From NCBI GenBank assembly GCA_964057225.1, contig CAXKVF010000079.1, positions 496,001 through 560,000 on the forward strand: 64,000 nt of DNA, read 5' to 3'. Every line of letters begins with the position of its first letter. Position 1 is the first letter of the stretch. The position numbers and the translations under genes are program-made. Shown piece by piece: positions 41,601 to 54,700 of this stretch. The notes below the pieces were generated by a model. It saw only the letters and a list, made by a program, of their open reading frames with translations. It made no database searches and had not been told where the DNA came from. This stretch comes from Auanema rhodensis (taxonomy: Eukaryota > Animalia > Nematoda).

Positions 41601-44600
41601 ATTCCCCATGTTCATATTAGTCTAAAAACAAATTTTTATTGATATTGGTTCATGGTAACCATGACTTTGAAATTTACGTGAACTTTAATTTATGCTAATT
41701 AAATGTACACGTGATGTGCACTTGGTATGTAACTCGCTTCACGTGAAAGATAAAGAGATGCGGTTTTCAAAATTAGATTCCCCATGTTCATATTAGTCTA
41801 AAAACAAATTTTTATTGATATTGGTTCATGGTAACCATGACTTTGAAATTTACGTGAACTTTAATTTATGCTAATTAAATGTACACGTGATGTGCACTTG
41901 GTATGTAACTCGCTGCACGTGAAAGATAAAGAGATGCGGTTTTCAAAATTAGATTCCCCATGTCCATATTAGTCTAAAAACAAATTTTTATTGATATTAA
42001 TTCATGATAACCATGATTTTGAAATTTACGTGAACTTTAATTTATGAAATATGAAAACAAATTTTTATTGATATTAATTCATGTAACTCGCTTCACGTGA
42101 AAGATAAAGAGATGCGGTTTTCAAAATTAGATTCCCCATGTCCATATTAGTCTAAAAACAAATTTTTATTGATATTGGTGCATGGTAACCATGACTTTGA
42201 AATTTACGTGAACTTTAATTTATGCTAATTAAATGTACACGTGATGTGCACTTGGTATGTAACTCGCTTCACGTGAAAGATAAAGAGATGCGGTTTTCAA
42301 AATTAGATTCCCCATGTTCATATTAGTCTAAAAACAAATTTTTATTGATATTGGTTCATGGTAACCATGACTTTGAAATTTACGTGAACTTTAATTTATG
42401 CTAATTAAATGTACACGTGATGTGCACTTGGTATGTAACTCGCTTCAAGTGAAAGATAAAGAGATGCGGTTTTCAAAATTAGATTCCCCATGTTCATATT
42501 AGTCTAAAAACAAATTTTTATTGATATTGGTTCATGGTAACCATGACTTTGAAATTTACGTGAACTTTAATTTATGCTATTTAAATGTACACGTGATGTG
42601 CACTTGGTATGTAACTCGCTTCACGTGAAAGATGAAGAGATGCGGTTTTCAAAATTAGATTCCCCATGTCCATATTAGTCTAAAAACAAATTTTTATTGA
42701 TATTAATTCATGATAACCATGATTTTGAAATTTACGTGAACTTTAATTTATGAAATATGAAAACAAATTTTTATTGATATTAATTCATGTAACTCGCTTC
42801 ACGTGAAAGATAAAGAGATGCGGTTTTCAAAATTAGATTCCCCATGTCCATATTAGTCTAAAAACAAATTTTTATTGATATTGGTGCATGGTAACCATGA
42901 CTTTGAAATTTACGTGAACTTTAATTTATGCTAATTAAATGTACACGTGATGTGCACTTGGTATGTAACTCGCTTCACGTGAAAGATAAAGAGATGCGGT
43001 TTTCAAAATTAGATTCCCCATGTTCATATTAGTCTAAAAACAAATTTTTATTGATATTGGTTCATGGTAACCATGACTTTGAAATTTACGTGAACTTTAA
43101 TTTATGCTAATTAAATGTACACGTGATGTGCACTTGGTATGTAACTCGCTTCACGTGAAAGATAAAGAGATGCGGTTTTCAAAATTAGATTCCCCATGTT
43201 CATATTAGTCTAAAAACAAATTTTTATTGATATTGGTTCATGGTAACCATGACTTTGAAATTTACGTGAACTTTAATTTATGCTAATTAAATGTACACGT
43301 GATGTGCACTTGGTATGTAACTCGCTGCACGTGAAAGATAAAGAGATGCGGTTTTCAAAATTAGATTCCCCATGTCCATATTAGTCTAAAAACAAATTTT
43401 TATTGATATTAATTCATGATAACCATGATTTTGAAATTTACGTGAACTTTAATTTATGAAATATGAAAACAAATTTTTATTGATATTAATTCATGTAACT
43501 CGCTTCACGTGAAAGATAAAGAGATGCGGTTTTCAAAATTAGATTCCCCATGTCCATATTAGTCTAAAAACAAATTTTTATTGATATTGGTGCATGGTAA
43601 CCATGACTTTGAAATTTACGTGAACTTTAATTTATGCTAATTAAATGTACACGTGATGTGCACTTGGTATGTAACTCGCTTCACGTGAAAGATAAAGAGA
43701 TGCGGTTTTCAAAATTAGATTCCCCATGTTCATATTAGTCTAAAAACAAATTTTTATTGATATTGGTTCATGGTAACCATGACTTTGAAATTTACGTGAA
43801 CTTTAATTTATGCTAATTAAATGTACACGTGATGTGCACTTGGTATGTAACTCGCTTCAAGTGAAAGATAAAGAGATGCGGTTTTCAAAATTAGATTCCC
43901 CATGTTCATATTAGTCTAAAAACAAATTTTTATTGATATTGGTTCATGGTAACCATGACTTTGAAATTTACGTGAACTTTAATTTATGCTATTTAAATGT
44001 ACACGTGATGTGCACTTGGTATGTAACTCGCTTCACGTGAAAGATGAAGAGATGCGGTTTTCAAAATTAGATTCCCCATGTCCATATTAGTCTAAAAACA
44101 AATTTTTATTGATATTAATTCATGATAACCATGATTTTGAAATTTACGTGAACTTTAATTTATGAAATATGAAAACAAATTTTTATTGATATTAATTCAT
44201 GTAACTCGCTTCACGTGAAAGATAAAGAGATGCGGTTTTCAAAATTAGATTCCCCATGTCCATATTAGTCTAAAAACAAATTTTTATTGATATTGGTGCA
44301 TGGTAACCATGACTTTGAAATTTACGTGAACTTTAATTTATGCTAATTAAATGTACACGTGATGTGCACTTGGTATGTAACTCGCTTCACGTGAAAGATA
44401 AAGAGATGCGGTTTTCAAAATTAGATTCCCCATGTTCATATTAGTCTAAAAACAAATTTTTATTGATATTGGTTCATGGTAACCATGACTTTGAAATTTA
44501 CGTGAACTTTAATTTATGCTAATTAAATGTACACGTGATGTGCACTTGGTATGTAACTCGCTTCACGTGAAAGATAAAGAGATGCGGTTTTCAAAATTAG

Positions 44601-45726
44601 ATTCCCCATGTTCATATTAGTCTAAAAACAAATTTTTATTGATATTGGTTCATGGTAACCATGACTTTGAAATTTACGTGAACTTTAATTTATGCTAATT
44701 AAATGTACACGTGATGTGCACTTGGTATGTAACTCGCTTCACGTGAAAGATAAAGAGATGCGGTTTTCAAAATTAGATTCCCCATGTTCATATTAGTCTA
44801 AAAACAAATTTTTATTGATATTGGTTCATGGTAACCATGACTTTGAAATTTACGTGAACTTTAATTTATGCTAATTAAATGTACACGTGATGTGCACTTG
44901 GTATGTAACTCGCTTCACGTGAAAGATAAAGAGATGCGGTTTTCAAAATTAGATTCCCCATGTTCATATTAGTCTAAAAACAAATTTTTATTGATATTGG
45001 TTCATGGTAACCATGACTTTGAAATTTACGTGAACTTTAATTTATGCTAATTAAATGTACACGTGATGTGCACTTGGTATGTAACTCGCTTCACGTGAAA
45101 GATAAAGAGATGCGGTTTTCAAAATTAGATTCCCCATGTTCATATTAGTCTAAAAACAAATTTTTATTGATATTGGTTCATGGTAACCATGACTTTGAAA
45201 TTTACGTGAACTTTAATTTATGCTAATTAAATGTACACGTGATGTGCACTTGGTATGTAACTCGCTTCACGTGAAAGATAAAGAGATGCGGTTTTCAAAA
45301 TTAGATTCCCCATGTTCATATTAGTCTAAAAACAAATTTTTATTGATATTGGTTCATGGTAACCATGACTTTGAAATTTACGTGAACTTTAATTTATGCT
45401 ATTTAAATGTACACGTGATGTGCACTTGGTATGTAACTCGCTTCACGTGAAAGATGAAGAGATGCGGTTTTCAAAATTAGATTCCCCATGTCCATATTAG
45501 TCTAAAAACAAATTTTTATTGATATTAATTCATGATAACCATGATTTTGAAATTTACGTGAACTTTAATTTATGAAATATGAAAACAAATTTTTATTGAT
45601 ATTAATTCATGTAACTCGCTTCACGTGAAAGATAAAGAGATGCGGTTTTCAAAATTAGATTCCCCATGTCCATATTAGTCTAAAAACAAATTTTTATTGA
45701 TATTGGTGCATGGTAACCATGACTTT
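35673..45726. repeat. Domain of 706-bp (178 + 3x176) 4-mer higher-order repeats built on a 178-bp chimeric monomer
   Basis: Chimera starts at 35673, 36379, 37613, 38319, 39553, 40259, 42021, 42727, 43433, 44139 and 45549. Spacings are 706, 1234, 706, 1234, 706, 1762, 706, 706, 706 and 1410, all equal to 178 + n x 176. Confidence 0.95.
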
Positions 45727-48700
45727 GAAATTTACGTGAACTTTAATTTATGCTAATTAAATGTACACGTGATGTGCACTTGGTATGTAACTCGCTTCAC
45801 GTGAAAGATAAAGAGATGCGGTTTTCAAAATTAGATTCCCCATGTTCATATTAGTCTAAAAACAAATTTTTATTGATATTGGTTCATGGTAACCATGACT
45901 TTGAAATTTACGTGAACTTTAATTTATGCTAATTAAATGTACACGTGATGTGCACTTGGTATGTAACTCGCTTCACGTGAAAGATAAAGAGATGCGGTTT
46001 TCAAAATTAGATTCCCCATGTTCATATTAGTCTAAAAACAAATTTTTATTGATATTGGTTCATGGTAACCATGACTTTGAAATTTACGTGAACTTTAATT
46101 TATGCTAATTAAATGTACACGTGATGTGCACTTGGTATGTAACTCGCTTCACGTGAAAGATAAAGAGATGCGGTTTTCAAAATTAGATTCCCCATGTCCA
46201 TATTAGTCTAAAAACAAATTTTTATTGATATTGGTGCATGGTAACCATGACTTTGAAATTTACGTGAACTTTAATTTATGCTAATTAAATGTACACGTGA
46301 TGTGCACTTGGTATGTAACTCGCTTCACGTGAAAGATAAAGAGATGCGGTTTTCAAAATTAGATTCCCCATGTCCATATTAGTCTAAAAACAAATTTTTA
46401 TTGATATTGGTTCATGTTAACCATGACTTTGAAATTTACGTGAACTTTAATTTATGCTAATTAAATGTACACGTGATGTGCACTTGGTATGTAACTCGCT
46501 TCACGTGAAAGATAAAGAGATGCGGTTTTCAAAATTAGATTCCCCATGTCCATATTAGTCTAAAAACAAATTTTTATTGATATTGGTGCATGGTAACCAT
46601 GACTTTGAAATTTACGTGAACTTTAATTTATGCTAATTAAATGTACACGTGATGTGCACTTGGTATGTAACTCGCTTCACGTGAAAGATAAAGAGATGCG
46701 GTTTTCAAAATTAGATTCCCCATGTTCATATTAGTCTAAAAACAAATTTTTATTGATATTGGTTCATGGTAACCATGACTTTGAAATTTACGTGAACTTT
46801 AATTTATGCTAATTAAATGTACACGTGATGTGCACTTGGTATGTAACTCGCTTCACGTGAAAGATAAAGAGATGCGGTTTTCAAAATTAGATTCCCCATG
46901 TCCATATTAGTCTAAAAACAAATTTTTATTGATATTGGTTCATGGTAACCATGACTTTGAAATTTACGTGAACTTTAATTTATGCTAATTAAATGTACAC
47001 GTGATGTGCACTTGGTATGTAACTCGCTTCACGTGACAGATAAAGAGATGCGGTTTTCAAAATTAGATTCCCCATGTCCATATTAGTCTAAAAACAAATT
47101 TTTATTGATATTGGTGCATGGTAACCATGACTTTGAAATTTACGTGAACTTTAATTTATGCTAATTAAATGTACACGTGATGTGCACTTGGTATGTAACT
47201 CGCTTCACGTGAAAGATAAAGAGATGCGGTTTTCAAAATTAGATTCCCCATGTCCATATTAGTCTAAAAACAAATTTTTATTGATATTGGTTCATGGTAA
47301 CCATGACTTTGAAATTTACGTGAACTTTAATTTATGCTAATTAAATGTACACGTGATGTGCACTTGGTATGTAACTCGCTTCACGTGAAAGATAAAGAGA
47401 TGCGGTTTTCAAAATTAGATTCCCCATGTCCATATTAGTCTAAAAACAAATTTTTATTGATATTGGTTCATGGTAACCATGATTTTGAAATTTACGTGAA
47501 CTTTAATTTATGCTAATTAAATGTACACGTGATGTGCACTTGGTATGTAACTCGCTTCACGTGAAAGATAAAGAGATGCGGTTTTCAAAATTAGATTCCC
47601 CATGTCCATATTAGTCTAAAAACAAATTTTTATTGATATTGGTGCATGGTAACCATGACTTTGAAATTTACGTGAACTTTAATTTATGCTAATTAAATGT
47701 ACACGTGATGTGCACTTGGTATGTAACTCGCTTCACGTGAAAGATAAAGAGATGCGGTTTTCAAAATTAGATTCCCCATGTTCATATTAGTCTAAAAACA
47801 AATTTTTATTGATATTGGTTCATGGTAACCATGACTTTGAAATTTACGTGAACTTTAATTTATGCTAATTAAATGTACACGTGATGTGCACTTGGTATGT
47901 AACTCGCTTCACGTGAAAGATAAAGAGATGCGGTTTTCAAAATTAGATTCCCCATGTCCATATTAGTCTAAAAACAAATTTTTATTGATATTGGTTCATG
48001 GTAACCATGACTTTGAAATTTACGTGAACTTTAATTTATGCTAATTAAATGTACACGTGATGTGCACTTGGTATGTAACTCGCTTCACGTGAAAGATAAA
48101 GAGATGCGGTTTTCAAAATTAGATTCCTCATGTCCATATTAGTCTAAAAACAAATTTTTATTGATATTGGTTCATGGTAACCATGATTTTGAAATTTACG
48201 TGAACTTCAATTTATGCTAATTAAATGTACACGTGATGTGCACTTGGTATGTAACTCGCTTCACGTGAAAGATAAAGAGATGCGGTTTTCAAAATTAGAT
48301 TCCCCATGTTCATATTAGTCTAAAAACAAATTTTTATTGATATTGGTGCATGGTAACCATGACTTTGAAATTTACGTGAACTTTAATTTATGCTAATTAA
48401 ATGTACACGTGATGTGCACTTGGTATGTAACTCGCTTCACGTGAAAGATAAAGAAATGCGGTTTTCAAAATTAGATTCCCCATGTTCATATTAGTCTAAA
48501 AACAAATTTTTATTGATATTGGTTCGTGGTAACCATGACTTTGAAATTTACGTGAACTTTAATTTATTCTAATTAAATGTACACGTGATGTGCACTTGGT
48601 ATGTAACTCGCTTCACGTGAAAGATAAAGAGATGCGGTTTTCAAAATTAGATTCCCCATGTCCATATTAGTCTAAAAACAAATTTTTATTGATATTGGTT

Positions 48701-51700
48701 CATGGTAACCATGACTTTGAAATTTACGTGAACTTTAATTTATGCTAATTAAATGTACACGTGATGTGCACTTGGTATGTAACTCGCTTCACGTGACAGA
48801 TAAAGAGATGCGGTTTTCAAAATTAGATTCCCCATGTCCATATTAGTCTAAAAACAAATTTTTATTGATATTGGTGCATGGTAACCATGACTTTGAAATT
48901 TACGTGAACTTTAATTTATGCTAATTAAATGTACACGTAATGTGCACTTGGTATGTAACTCGCTTCACGTGAAAGATAAAGAGATGCGGTTTTCAAAATT
49001 AGATTCCCCATGTCCATATTAGTCTAAAAACAAATTTTTATTGATATTGGTTCATGGTAACCATGACTTTGAAATTTACGTGAACTTTAATTTATGCTAA
49101 TTAAATGTACACGTGATGTGCACTTGGTATGTAACTCGCTTCACGTGAAAGATAAAGAGATGCGGTTTTCAAAATTAGATTCCCCATGTCCATATTAGTC
49201 TAAAAACAAATTTTTATTGATATTGGTTCATGGTAACCATGACTTTGAAATTTACGTGAACTTTAATTTATGCTAATTAAATGTACACGTGATGTGCACT
49301 TGGTATGTAACTCGCTTCACGTGAAAGATAAAGAGATGCGGTTTTCAAAATTAGATTCCCCATGTCCATATTAGTCTAAAAACAAATTTTTATTGATATT
49401 GGTGCATGGTAACCATGACTTTGAAATTTACGTGAACTTTAATTTATGCTAATTAAATGTACACGTGATGTGCACTTGGTATGTAACTCGTTTCACGTGA
49501 AAGATAAAGAGATGCGGTTTTCAAAATTAGATTCCCCATGTCCATATTAGTCTAAAAACGAATTTTTATTGATATTGGTTCATGGTAACCATGACTTTGA
49601 AATTTACGTGAACTTTAATTTATGCTAATTAAATGTACACGTGATGTGCACTTGGTATGTAACTCGCTTCACGTGAAAGATAAAGAGATGCGGTTTTCAA
49701 AATTAGATTCCCCATGTCCATATTAGTCTAAAAACAAATTTTTATTGATATTGGTTCATGGTAACCATGACTTTGAAATTTACGTGAACTTTAATTTATG
49801 CTAATTAAATGTACACGTGATGTGCACTTGGTATGTAACTCGCTTCACGTGAAAGATAAAGAGATGCGGTTTTCAAAATTAGATTCCCCATGTCCATATT
49901 AGTCTAAAAACAAATTTTTATTGATATTGGTTCATGGTAACCATGACTTTGAAATTTACGTGAACTTTAATTTTTGCTAATTAAATGTACACGTGATGTG
50001 CACTTGGTATGTAACTCGCTTCACGTGAAAGATAAAGAGATGCGGTTTTCAAAATTAGATTCCCCATGTCCATATTAGTCTAAAAACAAATTTTTATTGA
50101 TATTGGTGCATGGTAACCATGACTTTGAAATTTACGTGAACTTTAATTTATGCTAATTAAATGTACACGTGATGTGCACTTGGTATGTAACTCGCTTCAC
50201 GTGACAGATAAAGAGATGCGGTTTTCAAAATTAGATTCCCCATGTCCATATTAGTCTAAAAACAAATTTTTATTGATATTGGTTCATGGTAACCATGACT
50301 TTGAAATTTACGTGAACTTTAATTTATGCTAATTAAATGTACACGTGATGTGCACTTGGTATGTAACTCGCTTCACGTGAAAGATAAAGAGATGCGGTTT
50401 TCAAAATTAGATTCCCCATGTCCATATTAGTCTAAAAACAAATTTTTATTGATATTGGTTCATGGTAACCATGACTTTGAAATTTACGTGAACTTTAATT
50501 TATGCTAATTAAATGTACACGTGATGTGCACTTGGTATGTAACTCGCTTCACGTGAAAGATAAAGAGATGCGGTTTTCAAAATTAGATTCCCCATGTCCA
50601 TATTAGTCTAAAAACAAATTTTTATTGATATTGGTGCATGGTAACCATGACTTTGAAATTTACGTGAAATTTAATTTATGCTAATTAAATGTACACGTGA
50701 TGTGCACTTGGTATGTAACTCGCTTCACGTGAAAGATAAAGAGATGCGGTTTTCAAAATTAGATTCCCCATGTCCATATTAGTCTAAAAACAAATTTTTA
50801 TTGATATTGGTTCATGGTAACCATGACTTTGAAATTTACGTGAACTTTAATTTATGCTAATTAAATGTACACGTGATGTGCACTTGGTATGTAACTCGCT
50901 TCACGTGAAAGATAAAGAGATGCGGTTTTCAAAATTAGATTCCCCATGTCCATATTAGTCTAAAAACAAATTTTTATTGATATTGGTTCATGGTAACCAT
51001 GACTTTGAAATTTACGTGAACTTTAATTTATGCTAATTAAATGTACACGTGATGTGCACTTGGTATGTAACTCGCTTCACGTGAAAGATAAAGAGATGCG
51101 GTTTTCAAAATTAGATTCCCCATGTCCATATTAGTCTAAAAACAAATTTTTATTGATATTGGTGCATGGTAACCATGACTTTGAAATTTACGTGAAATTT
51201 AATTTATGCTAATTAAATGTACACGTGATGTGCACTTGGTATGTAACTCGCTTCACGTGAAAGATAAAGAGATGCGGTTTTCAAAATTAGATTCCCCATG
51301 TCCATATTAGTCTAAAAACAAATTTTTATTGATATTGGTTCATGGTAACCATGACTTTGAAATTTACGTGAACTTTAATTTATGCTAATTAAATGTACAC
51401 GTGATGTGCACTTGGTATGTAACTCGCTTCACGTGAAAGATAAAGAGATGCGGTTTTCAAAATTAGATTCCCCATGTCCATATTAGTCTAAAAACAAATT
51501 TTTATTGATATTGGTTCATGGTAACCATGACTTTGAAATTTACGTGAACTTTAATTTTTGCTAATTAAATGTACACGTGATGTGCACTTGGTATGTAACT
51601 CGCTTCACGTGAAAGATAAAGAGATGCGGTTTTCAAAATTAGATTCCTCATGTCCATATTAGTCTAAAAACAAATTTTTATTGATATTGGTTCATGGTAA

Positions 51701-54700
51701 CCATGATTTTGAAATTTACGTGAACTTTAATTTATGCTAATTAAATGTACACGTGATGTGCACTTGGTATGTAACTCGCTTCACGTGAAAGATAAAGAGA
51801 TGCGGTTTTCAAAATTAGATTCCCCATGTTCATATTAGTCTAAAAACAAATTTTTATTGATATTGGTGCATGGTAACCATGACTTTGAAATTTACGTGAA
51901 CTTTAATTTATGCTAATTAAATGTACACGTGATGTGCACTTGGTATGTAACTCGCTTCACGTGACAGATAAAGAGATGCGGTTTTCAAAATTAGATTCCC
52001 CATGTCCATATTAGTCTAAAAACAAATTTTTATTGATATTGGTTCATGGTAACCATGACTTTGAAATTTACGTGAACTTTAATTTATGCTAATTAAATGT
52101 ACACGTGATGTGCACTTGGTATGTAACTCGCTTCACGTGAAAGATAAAGAGATGCGGTTTTCAAAATTAGATTCCCCATGTCCATATTAGTCTAAAAACA
52201 AATTTTTATTGATATTGGTTCATGGTAACCATGACTTTGAAATTTACGTGAACTTTAATTTATGCTAATTAAATGTACACGTGATGTGCACTTGGTATGT
52301 AACTCGCTTCACGTGACAGATAAAGAGATGCGGTTTTCAAAATTAGATTCCCCATGTCCATATTAGTCTAAAAACAAATTTTTATTGATATTGGTGCATG
52401 GTAACCATGACTTTGAAATTTACGTGAACTTTAATTTATGCTAATTAAATGTACACGTGATGTGCACTTGGTATGTAACTCGCTTCACGTGACAGATAAA
52501 GAGATGCGGTTTTCAAAATTAGATTCCCCATGTCCATATTAGTCTAAAAACAAATTTTTATTGATATTGGTTCATGGTAACCATGACTTTGAAATTTACG
52601 TGAACTTTAATTTATGCTAATTAAATGTACACGTGATGTGCACTTGGTATGTAACTCGCTTCACGTGAAAGATAAAGAGATGCGGTTTTCAAAATTAGAT
52701 TCCCCATGTCCATATTAGTCTAAAAACAAATTTTTATTGATATTGGTTCATGGTAACCATGACTTTGAAATTTACGTGAACTTTAATTTATGCTAATTAA
52801 ATGTACACGTGATGTGCACTTGGTATGTAACTCGCTTCACGTGAAAGATAAAGAGATGCGGTTTTCAAAATTAGATTCCCCATGTCCATATTAGTCTAAA
52901 AACAAATTTTTATTGATATTGGTGCATGGTAACCATGACTTTGAAATTTACGTGAAATTTAATTTATGCTAATTAAATGTACACGTGATGTGCACTTGGT
53001 ATGTAACTCGCTTCACGTGAAAGATAAAGAGATGCGGTTTTCAAAATTAGATTCCCCATGTCCATATTAGTCTAAAAACAAATTTTTATTGATATTGGTT
53101 CATGGTAACCATGACTTTGAAATTTACGTGAACTTTAATTTATGCTAATTAAATGTACACGTGATGTGCACTTGGTATGTAACTCGCTTCACGTGAAAGA
53201 TAAAGAGATGCGGTTTTCAAAATTAGATTCCCCATGTCCATATTAGTCTAAAAACAAATTTTTATTGATATTGGTTCATGGTAACCATGACTTTGAAATT
53301 TACGTGAACTTTAATTTATGCTAATTAAATGTACACGTGATGTGCACTTGGTATGTAACTCGCTTCACGTGAAAGATAAAGAGATGCGGTTTTCAAAATT
53401 AGATTCCCCATGTCCATATTAGTCTAAAAACAAATTTTTATTGATATTGGTTCATGGTAACCATGACTTTGAAATTTACGTGAACTTTAATTTATGCTAA
53501 TTAAATGTACACGTGATGTGCACTTGGTATGTAACTCGCTTCACGTGAAAGATAAAGAGATGCGGTTTTCAAAATTAGATTCCTCATGTCCATATTAGTC
53601 TAAAAACAAATTTTTATTGATATTGGTTCATGATAACCATGATTTTGAAATTTACGTGAACTTTAATTTATGCTAATTAAATGTACACGTGATGTGCACT
53701 TGGTAAGTAACTCGCTTCACGTGAAAGATAAAGAGATGCGGTTTTCAAAATTAGATTCCCCATGTCCATATTAGTCTAAAAACAAATTTTTATTGATATT
53801 GGTGCATGGTAACCATGACTTTGAAATTTACGTGAACTTTAATTTATGCTAATTAAATGTACACGTGATGTGCACTTGGTATGTAACTCGCTTCACGTGA
53901 AAGATAAAGAGATGCGGTTTTCAAAATTAGATTCCCCATGTTCATATTAGTCTAAAAACAAATTTTTATTGATATTGGTTCATGGTAACCATGACTTTGA
54001 AATTTACGTGAACTTTAATTTATGCTAATTAAATGTACACGTGATGTGCAATTGGTATGTAACTCGCTTCACGTGAAAGATAAAGAGATGCGGTTTTCAA
54101 AATTAGATTCCCCATGTCCATATTAGTCTAAAAACAAATTTTTATTGATATTGGTTCATGGTAACCATGACTTTGAAATTTACGTGAACTTTAATTTATG
54201 CTAATTAAATGTACACGTGATGTGCACTTGGTATGTAACTCGCTTCACGTGACAGATAAAGAGATGCGGTTTTCAAAATTAGATTCCCCATGTCCATATT
54301 AGTCTAAAAACAAATTTTTATTGATATTGGTTCATGGTAACCATGACTTTGAAATTTACGTGAACTTTAATTTATGCTAATTAAATGTACACGTGATGTG
54401 CACTTGGTATGTAACTCGCTTCACGTGACAGATAAAGAGATGCGGTTTTCAAAATTAGATTCCCCATGTCCATATTAGTCTAAAAACAAATTTTTATTGA
54501 TATTGGTGCATGGTAACCATGACTTTGAAATTTACGTGAACTTTAATTTATGCTAATTAAATGTACACGTAATGTGCACTTGGTATGTAACTCGCTTCAC
54601 GTGAAAGATAAAGAGATGCGGTTTTCAAAATTAGATTCCCCATGTCCATATTAGTCTAAAAACAAATTTTTATTGATATTGGTTCATGGTAACCATGACT

